Positions 26,601 through 38,461 of a DNA stretch of 64,000 nt are shown piece after piece. The number at the start of each line of letters is the position of its first letter. The stretch's first letter is position 1. Source of the DNA: Lingula anatina (taxonomy: Eukaryota; Animalia; Brachiopoda); contig CM120641.1 in the NCBI GenBank assembly GCA_051362555.1, positions 37,020,401-37,084,400 of the forward strand, read 5' to 3'. The position numbers were made by a program, and so were the translations under genes. Below the pieces are notes generated by a model, which was not told the DNA's origin, made no database searches, and worked only from the letters and a program-made list of their open reading frames with translations.

Positions 26601-28050
26601 TAGTTTTTTTATTATACTTCATTGAAAAATATCCATATTGTTTTTCAGTGAAGAAGGATTTTTAAAGCAAAAGATTTATCACTTTTAAAACGATAAGGCC
26701 AAGTTCACACTTTTATGTTAAATATGTTCTGATTGTAAGTTTACTAGCTTTAGATCACAAATATGCACCCAACATTATCCTTAAAATCTTTTTGTTTGTG
26801 GTGAGATAAGCATGTTTATTGTGGTCTTCTTATAGAAAAGGCATTGATGATGTGCTCCCTTTAAGTACTCCTTGGACAACATTGATGCTGTAGTAAAAAT
26901 GATGGGTTTTAGATTGCCTTCATATGTTGTAAATTTTCCCCAAGTGTACATCTTGGTCATTAGTGTGTGTTGCTAGAATAGGAGAGAGGAGTGATAGATT
27001 TGATGCCACACACTTATGTCCCACATGATTCCCTACATTCAAGGTGTAAGTGTTCAGATAATGAAAAAAATCCATAGATGAGTTAAAGTAAATAAAGGGA
27101 AAAACTATTCATTTACAAAAAAGGTCTGATTTATGAAAAAAGAATGAAATGATCCTTGAGTGTATTGTGTACACCAAAAGTTCTGTCATAACTAGTGTAG
27201 TAAGAGATTCACTCATGTTGTAACATAAGTGAACAATGGCCTAGCTATCATGATGGAACATACATTGAGCAGAATGAGGTTTAATAGTTCTTTTAACACA
27301 CAAATGATACACACTTCTAACATAGAATGTTCAAATATAAACACTTCAATTCTAAATTGTATTTTATTCTTATTTAATATATTGCATCTTCTGTGTGATT
27401 TTTATCTGGGAGTATGCTTGTACTTTTGAGTGTGTAAAATAATATTACCATGTAATGGTAAATACAGCTAATGCACACTTAGTCATGAATACCAATACCT
27501 TATCTGTGCTATTCTAGACTTATTACAGCATGCAAACTCATTAAACCAAAAAAAAGAAAATTAAAAAAAAAAAAAAAATATGCATCATTAAGCAGTAGTT
27601 AAGCATTGAGGAATTTAAGGCCAAGACACTTGGTTACTAATATCATTACTATCGATTGTGACCGAAAATAGTTGTGATCTGTGACAATGAGTCAGGATGA
27701 TATGGATGGAGTATTCTTGTATCTAATCTGAAGAGACCTTTAAGTCTATCTTCCTTATCTTAGCTTAAAATCTTTGATGTGGACCCAGAGGAAATCCTTG
27801 GCAGTGGGCACAGGAATGAAACTATATCTGTAAATTCTCCCAAGAATAGGACTTAAGAAAGATTGTTGTCTGGGAAAATCATTAATTACCCTCGTCATTC
27901 ACTGTTCAGTTTCTGATAAAAAAGCTGACAAATCACAAATATTTGGAACCCGTCTCAACCCAAAGAATGAATGTGAATTAGAAATTGACAGTAGTCTTTG
28001 CTTCATGTTCAATTTGTCTTGCCTTCTTCATTTTCAAATTGCCATACCTC

Positions 28051-28283
28051 ATTACCTCTGCCAAGGAGGTTATGTTTTCACCCCTGTTTGTCTGTTTGTC
28101 ATCAACATAACTCAAAAAGTTATGGACCAATTTTGATGAAATTTTCAAGAACTGTCAAAGTGGGCCAAGGAAGAGATGATTTGTTTTTGTTGGTGATCTG
28201 GATCAATAATCAATCAATAATCAATAATAATCAAAAATCGCTGCCTTGGCAGAGGTCTGCGCTCTCGGAGTGCTTTTCTAGTT
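28051..28283 (+). mobile_element. Complete short non-autonomous Helentron/DINE-1-like element (HINE)
   Basis: Starts attacctctgccaagg; subterminal inverted copy ccttggcagaggt near the 3' end; (TGTT/TGTC) microsatellite seed; 3' hairpin gcgctctcggagtgc; ends ctagtt. Confidence 0.8.
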
Positions 28284-29598
28284 TTCAAATTGCCATAGGT
28301 GTGTCTTTTCTGGACACTGACATTTAGCAGCAAGTTTGATAGAAGTTTACTGTGCCTATCACAAAGGTTCATTTTTTATTGGGACTTTGAGGTTCCAATG
28401 AGGGGGTATATGACAGTGGAAACATCCAGAATAAGTTGATTCCACGGACAAACATATCTGTACATTAAATGTGGCTGATCACTTGAAAGCTTGTTGCATA
28501 ATCCCCTAGGAGACAAGCTTCAAGATGGCTGGCCATATTTGATCCGTGGATCTGTTAGTCTACAGATCAACTTTGGTTGTGAATGTGACCATAGTTCACA
28601 GACTTACTTCAGAATTGAAAGTCAAGATGTTGAGAACAAAATGTGGTGCATCTCACAGCTTTTCTAGTTCTTTTGTTCTCAATATCAGTCATAGATAGAA
28701 CACTTGTCAGCAACTTGTATGTAACATCCACTCATGCTTTGCACTTATGCATATCACATGCATTTCACCAACGTGTGGTATATATATTTTTACATACTGT
28801 AGTATATATATTTTTACATTTTTACATATATTTTAATGGCTAAATTCTGTAGTTCATTTGAAAATGAAGTATGTGATAATTTTTTTCTGTGGTAGAAAAT
28901 TAGTAGAAAATTGCAGTTTTGGGAATGGTTCGGGTTAAAAGCATGTTTTATAGAATTATTAATTATTTATTACTGTGCCACATTTGTATTCCAAGCTTTA
29001 GATCATCTTGACAGCAAATCGGTAGTAAAAGAATTAATAACATAAAAATGAAATGTATCCTTATGAAGCATTTTTTTCAGTTTTTACTATTATTACCAGG
29101 TTATGTAAGTGCAAAACAATAAGGTAGACAAAACAGGTAACAGTTCCATACCCAGTACCTTTAAGTAAAAGTTGTCTGGATAAGGATTTGTTGTTTTGAA
29201 CACACATATATATATACTCCTACTAGTAATACTCTGAATCAAGAAAAACAATAGAATTATCACATGGTGATAATGCTAAAATTTAATCAAATTTTGTTAG
29301 GTACCATCAAGAAGCTAGGTTGATTTCACCAAGAAGACAATTTGAAAACAAATTACAATTTTATAAGATGCTCTATAGGCAAGATGTTCTTGGCATTTTA
29401 GTTTTAAGTTAAAATGCAATTAATACTGCCCACAGGTAGATGGCCGTTTTCATGTTTATTGTCAGGAGACGACACTAATAAATAGCAGTATTACATTATG
29501 TGGTAACTTGTCACCTGGTGTTGAATCATTTGGGATAAAATAACAGTAGTTACCAGTTATTTGGATTGATGGCTAGTATTTTGATTATTTTGTAGGTA

Positions 29599-30176
29599 TC
29601 AGGCCTCATAAACGATAATTGCCGTTTACTAACACTACCCACTGACCTTTAGCACTAATGCCACTATTAACCACCACCATATTGATACCTAGCACTACCA
29701 ATTTGGCGAGCTCCAGACACGTTTCCATTTGTTTACATCCCGGTACTTTTTAACAACCCTGGACCATTTTCAATATGGTGGAAGATACGAGAAACAGCAT
29801 GTTGGAGCTTTTGGAGATTCCTAGTTGTTAAAGAGTGATGTTTTCTGCTCTTTCTGCATCTTTGACGAAAGAGAATGGATTTTTGACATCTACACCAAGG
29901 CCCAATAAAGTGGTTAGATCTAATATATTAATATTTTTTACTGTCTATACTGCGTATTAACCTGGCAGCAATGCATTCTCGACAATCTTCGACTCATACA
30001 GAATATACTGAATGGGTTGATAAGCGGATTAATGTTAGTGCTTGGAATTGCTATGGTAGTGGTAAATACTTTCACAGTGTGTTGGTTAATCTTGGGTTAT
30101 GTGGTTAATATGGGCGTTAGTGTTAAAAGATCTGCGGGCAGTGTTAGTAAATGCCTAATATGCTTATAAGGCCTGA
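29599..30176. mobile_element. MITE/non-autonomous DNA transposon, ~580 bp, with long imperfect TIRs (~80 bp)
   Basis: Left tcaggcctcataaacgataattgccgtttactaacactaccc... vs reverse complement of right tcaggccttataagcatattaggcatttactaacactgccc...; flanks gtaggta/gtatgta resemble a decayed TSD. Confidence 0.75.
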
Positions 30177-31932
30177 GTATGTAAGAACTCTCCTTCTCTA
30201 TCTGTTGCTATGTAGATAACACTGGAACAATCCAACCTGTCAGTTTCATTGTGTCTGATTTTAGTTTTTTTGTTAATGGCTAAATTACATGTTTTGTTTC
30301 ATTAATCTAATTTGTCAGTGAATGATTTTTCCCAGTTGTCAAAGATTAGTTAGTGCAGATGTTTGAGGTTTCTGAGAATGGGCAGCTTATGAATATGAGG
30401 AAGAGTGATTTTTTAAGTTGCCAGACTTCATCTGTATTTCTGCAGGTAACTGTCTTGATGATCCAGTTACAGTTTACTGTCAGTTGTTAATGAGTATAGG
30501 CTTTCCCTAGAGAGCTGTCCAGCCATCATTTGGATACCCATTGGCCTCAAAAGACGGCCTTTATTTTCAAAAATGGCTGTATGGCTTACAAAATTTTTGG
30601 GAAATGATGAGTTGGCTGCTTGCTTGGGTTGGACTCCCTGTAAATCAGTGACCAAATTACATTTTGACATTTTGGACTCCACTTACCCCAAATCCTGGGG
30701 AAACCCCTGCACATAAATAATAGCAATTTGGTGTAGACATTGTAGTTTATATCCCTCTTACAGTTTATCTGATATGTTTCTGGAAAAGTTTTTACTTTTT
30801 GGCTAATGATTATCATGAAACATATTAAATTACTCCTTCATAATCCAAATGCAAATTGCCTGCATGAACTACTGCAGTCAACCTGTTTCCTAGCTGATTA
30901 AGCACAAGCTGGTCTGTTCAAGGTTTTTTTACTTGCATTTGAATTAAACAATCCATTTATAAGGAACAAACCTTGCAAAAAATAACAATGTTCAAAATGA
31001 ATAGAGGTTTGTTACTGATATGTATCAGGAGGCTTTGCCAAGTATTGTAAAATAAGAAACCATGTATCATTATATTTAGTGGCAGTGGGTACCAAGTTTG
31101 CAATATCGCTGTATAGTAGAAGATGAATGGATTTCTATATGTTTGAATGGAAAGTGATAAGTAGACACTGCTCTTGAAGGGAAAAGTTATATCTAAAAAG
31201 ATTAATATCTCTTTTAACAGTCGGGGTATTTACTGATGCAATTCACATTCTTTTTAATATAATTTCAAAAATTTGAATATTTGACACAATGTGCTGTATT
31301 CATATTGCACTGAAATTTTTGAAATCCTTTTGTTTTCTCAACCAGATTTGATTTTGATTTATGTAAGAAAGTTGTTACTATGCTTTATACTTAAAGCAGT
31401 GGTAAAGCATGGGATAATGCAGTCAGTTCTCCTCCGTCTGCGTCAATACATCAGGGATGCTCCAGTTATTTACTTAGCCCACACTAGATAATGTAGAATA
31501 TTATGGGGCATTTTTATTGATTATAGTAAGTAGTAGCTTACTATTTTCAAATATTTTCAATTTTATCCAATTTTCATGCTGTTGCTTGTTGGTACCTGGC
31601 CAAGTTCAAGTGGATTCAAGTTTAAGCCTCCTGGCAATAATCTTTTCAATTCAGGAGCATTTTCACCTCTTGGGAACATTCAGGCCTGCTGAAAATATGG
31701 TGGTTAGATTCATGGTTCACATAACCAAGGTCCCTATTCATAATTTTAGCAAAGCAGGCTTAGCTCAGATAGCTGGCTAACCAAAGTTGATTGAGCAATA
31801 GTCATCTTAGGTTTAGTTTTTAGACAGAGACAGTGAGGTAAGAGTTTCTTAAGATCGTTTTGTGGAACAACTAATGGGCAAATATTCTTTATTGGCATAG
31901 CTTAGATGGTCTACCAAATTGCTTTTTATTTG

Positions 31933-32224
31933 AAGTGGAGTCCAGGTCCTTACCCGATGCTAAGAACTTTATAACCTATTTCAAGGGAAAGAGACAACAA
32001 GTACCATTAAAATGATGATCTCTGGTATGATCCAACTGGAAATCAAGATATGTTTTTTTATCTGTTCAAAGTTGACTCCACGTCCTTACCCCATGCTTAG
32101 AACTTAATGTTTTTTCAATGGAAGGTGACAAGAGGTACCATTAAAATGATGATCTCTGGTATGATCCAACTGGAAATCAAACTGAGTTCCTGTTGTACCT
32201 AAAGCACTCTATTACCATTGCCAT
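31933..32224 (-). mobile_element. Decayed tRNA-derived SINE (Meta/MESC-like core), partially duplicated in tandem (period ~135 bp)
   Basis: gtaccattaaaatgatgatctctggtatgatccaactggaaatcaa occurs twice. The tail ...ggaaatcaaac...cactctattaccattgccat resembles a reverse-complemented B-box/A-box head. Confidence 0.5.
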
Positions 32225-33376
32225 ACAGCAATTTCATTGTTGAGTTGTCCCCCTGAAAAAAAGATAAAGATTAAACAAAAAAGGAGTTGATAGAGTGAAA
32301 AGGAAAATTGTGTAGTTGATGTCTAAAGGGAATTCCTGCAGAAATCTGTAATTATGTATCTCAGTGCACATTATCATGTCCATTTTCTAAAATTCGGATA
32401 AATGTTGGGTGCACAGATATATTTTTTCTTAGAGACCTGGGGACATGATGGCAGGGCAGACAGTTTGAACTGTTCTGCTACCTCAAAGCCCTAAAAGGGT
32501 CACATTTGTGCAGATACTTTAATAACAGATATATCTGGCTGGAAGCACATGCCTAAAATTTGGATGCATTATTTAAGAATATTGAAAAGTTCGGAATATG
32601 GTGTTTGAGAAAAGGGCAATTATTCAGGAGCATTAATCATTCCTGCATGATCAGAGACTTTGAAGAATTGAAACTATGTAAGATTTATGGTAAAATATTC
32701 TGATACAACAAAGAATGCAAAGCATAGGACCAGTTGTATACAATTTCTAAGCAATACTGATTCCCAGCATTATTAAAAAAACTACTTAATTTGCTTTTGA
32801 CAAAGATTACTGTTATATTTGTAATCACTGCCATGTATCCAAAATAATGTTTATAATTGATGAAATAATGTTTTGATTACTTAGGGGACTTCTGAGCTTG
32901 ATGGAATGTTTAATCAATCACTAATTATTTCATGATTGCATTGATTGAAAAAAAAAAAAAAAAAGAAAGAGAACACAATTCCAGCTGAAATCAATCATTT
33001 TCTGAGAACGAGTGAATTAATACTTACTAATGCTCTTACGCCATAGAAATGGGCCCAAGTAGACAGCATTGATTTGTCTGTCATTCCTCTAACTGGATAA
33101 GTACAGCTAAAGGTCTAATACTGTTTATATCAAATAAAGCGTGAGCAAAACTTGGTGCTAAAACTGTTGCATAAGCCAATTTGAATAGCACTTAAGGAGT
33201 TGATCAGCTTCCATGCTTTATGTATAAAACAATACTATTCATGGAACAAGGAAGAATAAAATATGATAAATTGTATTTAACTTCCAAAATGGGAGTTATC
33301 CCAATTATTTTGGATTCTGTGCTTGCCATTGGACCACGTGACCTTATGTAGATGGTGATCCTCTGTAAATAAAATG

Positions 33377-33396
33377 ATAAATAAATAAATAAATAA

Positions 33397-33451
<55 letters not shown>
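33377..33451. repeat. (TAAA)n(AT)n microsatellite
   Basis: Direct reading. Confidence 0.9.
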
Positions 33452-33452
<1 letters not shown>

Positions 33453-35351
33453 CAGGGACTATTTTTTAATGTCGGAATGGATTTATTAATCATTTGTAAG
33501 TATGGGTAAATTGTCGTTTACCCCAGGAAAATCCATTTTTTGGCCAAAATGAACAGTTGTTATCCCTTTAAGTATCTGTATATTTGCCAGCTTAGCTGTC
33601 TAGTTTTATTTGTATTAACCAGTACAACTTGTAAACCAGCTAATGGGCGACTTTGTCTTGATAATTTGTTTGATTTCCAAGTAGCAGTGATTGTAGTCAG
33701 GCATAGGTTTGGAGATTTGTTTGATTTCTCAGTGGCATTTCTTGATTTAGGACATAAGCAGAATTAGTCTGTTTTACTCAAATTCTGGATGAGTGCATGC
33801 TAGTAGATAATTAGATCTAAACTATGCTTCACTTCAGGGCAGCAAATGCTACATTCAGATATTGACTACACTTGGTTCCTTTGCAGAGCAAGAGTTCTTC
33901 ACCAGCAGACAAAATGATTTTGAAATCTGTGTGATTTTAAATAACAGTTGCTGTAGTCAAATATTGACTTGGAAAATTGGTTCCTTTAGAGCAAGTTTTG
34001 TACAGGTTTTACATCAGTGGATGAAACCGTTTTGAAATCCATTTGATTTTTAGGTAACAGTTGCTTCAGTCAGAAATCAGCTTGAAAAATCAGTTTGCAG
34101 AGGCATTTCACTCATTTAGTTGTCATATCAGGTTGAAAGTAATGCTTATCTAATATGATATAACAGCTGTTGCAATGAGCCTTTTTTCCTACTCATTAAT
34201 TCCAAGCATTCAGTTGGTATTTGAGCTTATATGAAGAGAACTGTTAGAAATCCTGTCTGACACTTTCATATGTAAAGACTTAAGATATTTATGTGTGAAA
34301 AAAAAATACCTCCAAACGTAAAGTAGGAATCTCTAGAAAAGGTTATTCATTACCAAAGACATAGAAACATGGGGCATCTGACCCACCCTTTTAAGTTTTT
34401 TTAAAAGGTGAATCAAGGGGAACTTTTTTTACTGCTCCTGAGTAATACCCTGATGAAATGTCCCCACAAGCAACTTCATTTTCGTTGATAAGTCTATGTG
34501 AGATGACATTTGGTGATTTAAACAATAGAATTTTAGAACCAAAGTCAAGTTCAGTAGATTTAGAGCAAATACGATTAGAATATGAGATTAATGGAAATGG
34601 CATTTAAACTCTCATCAAATATATTTGGATGGAAATGAGGGCAAAGTTGACATAAAATAGTCTTATTATTTTCAATTGAAGAGAAATCATAATGAAAATT
34701 TAGAGGGCTTAGCCATATGAAAGAGTTAAAACACATTTACATTTTTGTATAATTAAACTAACATTATGATGTGACCATGACATTGAGTTCAGGGTCAAGT
34801 TCAAGGTAAGTGCCACTCTGTCCATTTTTGCGATCCATTTAGATATGTCTGTACTTTTTAAATGGATTTTTATTTTTTGTTTCATTGAATTTTGTATGAA
34901 GCTGCTGTGCTGTGGACAAAGAAATGCACCTCTGTGCAGCTAAAGGTGTTCAAAAAGTGGTTTCAGCTGATAGTTTTGCTCATCTCTTTCCATAATCTTA
35001 AAGAACCATGAGGCATCTGTTAAGATAGATAATACCATAAACCAATAATGCAGGGAATGGTATGTCAAGTACGCTTTAGAGGAGAATTTTTAGTTCTGTC
35101 AGACAAAAAGGTAACCAAACTCATCTTTTAGATTCTCTGCCTTCATAGATAGAAATTTTTTTCAAAAAAAGCTGACAGAATGCAGCCAAATTGTATTGAG
35201 GTCAAGTTTAAGGTCAAGAATGAATAGTAAATGAAGCAATCAAAACTCAGTGCCTTGATCTAGTGGGGGTTCATCGTCTTCCTTCATAATTCAAAATTGT
35301 TTGGTATTATTGTGCTCCAATTTTGTGATTAGTTAATGGACAATCATATAA

Positions 35352-35487
35352 GAAATTAAAATATATCTGTTGTGTTTGTTGAATATATACAACCATACAG
35401 TCATTTTTAAATAATTGAAATTAAAATATATCTGTTGTGTCTGTTGAATATATACAACCATACAGTCATTTTTAAATAATTGAAATT
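35352..35487. repeat. Tandem duplication, 65 bp x2
   Basis: Copies at 35352 and 35417 differ at one position. Confidence 0.9.
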
Positions 35488-36042
35488 TGTTCATTTATGT
35501 TCAATTCATCAAGTTTGAAATTTGTTTTATGGCTTGTTTGATGCCTGATAAGTAGTTTTTAATCACATTAAAGGCCATATGGAAGTGGTTGCTAATTTAG
35601 TTTTAGCAGAATGTATGACTTAAAAATGTGTTTGCAGGTGACTTAAGACCATTGTGATTCCAAGCTTGAACTATGTTGGATTTTACAGGCATTTTGTGGT
35701 AGCCTCCTGGTCCCTTATGATTTCTTCACCTAATTTGACTTGGGCCTTGATCAAATTTTGGTATCAATGTGTCAGAGGATGGGAAATTTATAATGGTTAC
35801 TAAATCAAACAATTAGGTAGAACCTCTTCTAAATTAGATTTTTCTTGTAAGCATTCCCCAGGGATTTTCTTTTTTAGTTTTATGGTGTTGATGGTTAAAC
35901 GGGTTGTGTGGTGGAAATTTTCCAAGTACGGTAGAGTAGGCATTAGAATTTACTAATCAGCTAACTTATGGTCATTCTGCTTTTCATGGTTCCATTATAT
36001 ATTTTGGAAATCCATGCACTATTGAGCAATTTTATTTCAATA

Positions 36043-36170
36043 TTTATGCCCCCCCCCCTTCAAAGAAACAGGGGGTAAAATGCTAAGCACATGTCCAACT
36101 GTCCATCTGTACATCATAACTAGACCTTGTCCAACATTTCAATGGAGGACACTTTGGTCTATAGGCCCAA
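36043..36170 (+). mobile_element. 5' part of a second HINE/Helitron-N-like family (decayed)
   Basis: tttatgcc(c)n ttcaaagaaacagggggt 5' stem-loop, followed by aagcacatgtcc..ctgtccatctgt microsatellite seed, typical of invertebrate non-autonomous Helentrons. Confidence 0.5.
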
Positions 36171-37339
36171 TGCAGAGAAAGACTTGTAACAGCAGTAAAC
36201 AGACATAAAATGGCATAAGTCAGACATATCTTTCAAACAAATAATTTAACAGAAACAGAAATGCTAATGGGTGCAGTGTATGGTATAAGAGGGAAATGAA
36301 AAAGACGAAATATAAAGCTGAAGAATGATTGAGATATACATAATGTCACAGGATAGGAGGCATTGAAGGGCCACAGCAGTTCACCCTGAACCTTCTGTTA
36401 TTTACTTGATTGTTAATTTAAGAACAAGTGATCTAAAAAGAAAATGGGAAGTTTGAAGTAATGGCAACCCTTTATAACTTTGGGAAATTCAATTTTTTCA
36501 TCTCATTCAGCTAATTGATTTTCCATTTTACAGGAGTCCAAACATTTACTTTGTGTTGCATTAATGTAGGTTTGGCATACATTTTCATGGATTTTATATT
36601 TGATTGCCTTCATGCCAATTGCAGCTCATGAGATTTTACCTAATTGTGCTTAGAAAAAATTGTAACGATTTATTATTTCGTAACATAGTAATCGTAACTG
36701 ATGTTGCAGGCATTTTTATGAATAAAACTAATCACATGCACAGTGGGACAGTTTTAGAAAGAAAATTACATTTCTTTTTACTTATTATGATATATTTAGT
36801 AGGTGCAGAAAAAAAAGCAAGTGTCACTTAGCATTATAGCAGTCAGAAGTGGGTATGCTATGTTACATTACGTTATGTCACTGTACATTATATCGTATTT
36901 TATTATACAACTGTCCATTCTACGTACCCTGCTATAAACCTCCATTCATGGGAAAGTATTGTGTCAGGTTAATCTTTCTTAATATGTCATTGTCAGTGTG
37001 GGTAATCTTCAACTGCAAATTAAAGCTTTTTTTTTTCTCCTGGATTTTGGAAGCTAAAATAAAGAGAAAAAAAGCAGAGAATTTATTTTTATGATTCAGA
37101 TTATAGCATTATGTCAGTGGATTGAATCATTTATCAATGAATCTGAAAAAAAGGTCCTTGTACATTGCAAATGACCTTTCAAATTTCGCGATAAGTTTTT
37201 TCCCATTTATGAAAATCAATGTTTAACTGTTTGTAATCAAGATTTGGATGTTGATTACTTGCATATTGCACTGTAGGCAACCTTTGTATCTGATTGTGGT
37301 TGACCATATAACATGTAGTCACGAGATGGAGATCATGTT

Positions 37340-37507
37340 CAGGGGCGGATCCAGAGCTATTTACTGACAGTCTTCCAAATTTTCTTTGTTGATTCACCCT
37401 CCAATTTTGACCGTCTTCCAACAGAAAAAATTAGATACCCATCAATGTAAACTTGAAAATCTGACCGTCTTCCAGAAGACCCAGAAGACGGCCTAAATCC
37501 GCCCCTG
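37340..37507. mobile_element. MITE, 168 bp, TIR CAGGGGCGGAT, 5-bp target-site duplication ATGTT
   Basis: caggggcggat...atccgcccctg; ATGTT at 37335-37339 and 37508-37512; internal repeated tgac(c/a)gtcttcca motifs plus one inverted copy. Confidence 0.85.
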
Positions 37508-38398
37508 ATGTTTTGGTTGAAAGGTAATTTATTGTTCGAAATAGCTTGGTTATGCCATAAATCAGTTTATGTTAGCTGCTATTGAATTGGAGGATATAGC
37601 TAGGAGTCATGAGCTGACCTTGCCTGAATACTTGTTTTGTTTTTACGTATATATACAAAGTAGCCGAAAATAAACTGATAATCACTATGACACAAGGTGG
37701 ATTATGCAAAAAAAAAAAAAAACAAAAAAAAAAACAAAAAAAAAAAACAAAAAAAAAAAAACGCTGTACTGATAACTGATAATACCTACTTGTGGCTTAG
37801 GTGGGCATGAGGAAAACACTGCCCAATGATGTATAGGAGGAGTTGGGGTTGGATGGAAGGGTGGAATTGTTAATTGTACTTACCAGCTCTGCTTGCTTGC
37901 ACTAAAGACGTGTTTTGAGGTACTTTTAGTTGATGCCGATGTTGTTGTTGTTGCTTATGCAAATGGCAAAGGCTTTATTTTGGCTATTCTACAGCTGGCC
38001 ATTTTGATGCCAATGGTCTGTCACTTGACTTTTACCACGGGATAAGAGGGCTTGGTTAATTAGCTTTTCTGACAATTACCCAACCAGGTCAAGATTCCTC
38101 TTCCTCCCAATAAATTTGTTATACAAATATAATAATATTTTAAGACTTTATCGAAGGATGGGTCAAAGTGTGAAAAGACAACTGAGCCATGTGTAAACCA
38201 CATTTTAGCTTTTGTAGAGATAGACATTAAGAGCGCATTCGGAACAGTAGACTAACAGATCATGCGCTTTAAGTCTCATTGTGATAAATGCCTCGAACAC
38301 CTCTTGCAAAATTAAAATGCTAAATTTAAATGTTCTGGCATATATCCTGTGACAGTGCATTATCTCACACTTACTATTATTACTATTATTATTATCAT

Positions 38399-38399
38399 C

Positions 38400-38460
<61 letters not shown>

Positions 38461-38461
38461 T
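38399..38461. repeat. (AAT)n microsatellite
   Basis: Direct reading. Confidence 0.95.

Noticed and set aside
29378-29430. aggcaagatgtt matches the first 12 nt of miR-31/miR-72 and sits in a weak hairpin
   Set aside because: The rest of the mature sequence diverges and the 3' arm pairs poorly with the seed region; likely chance
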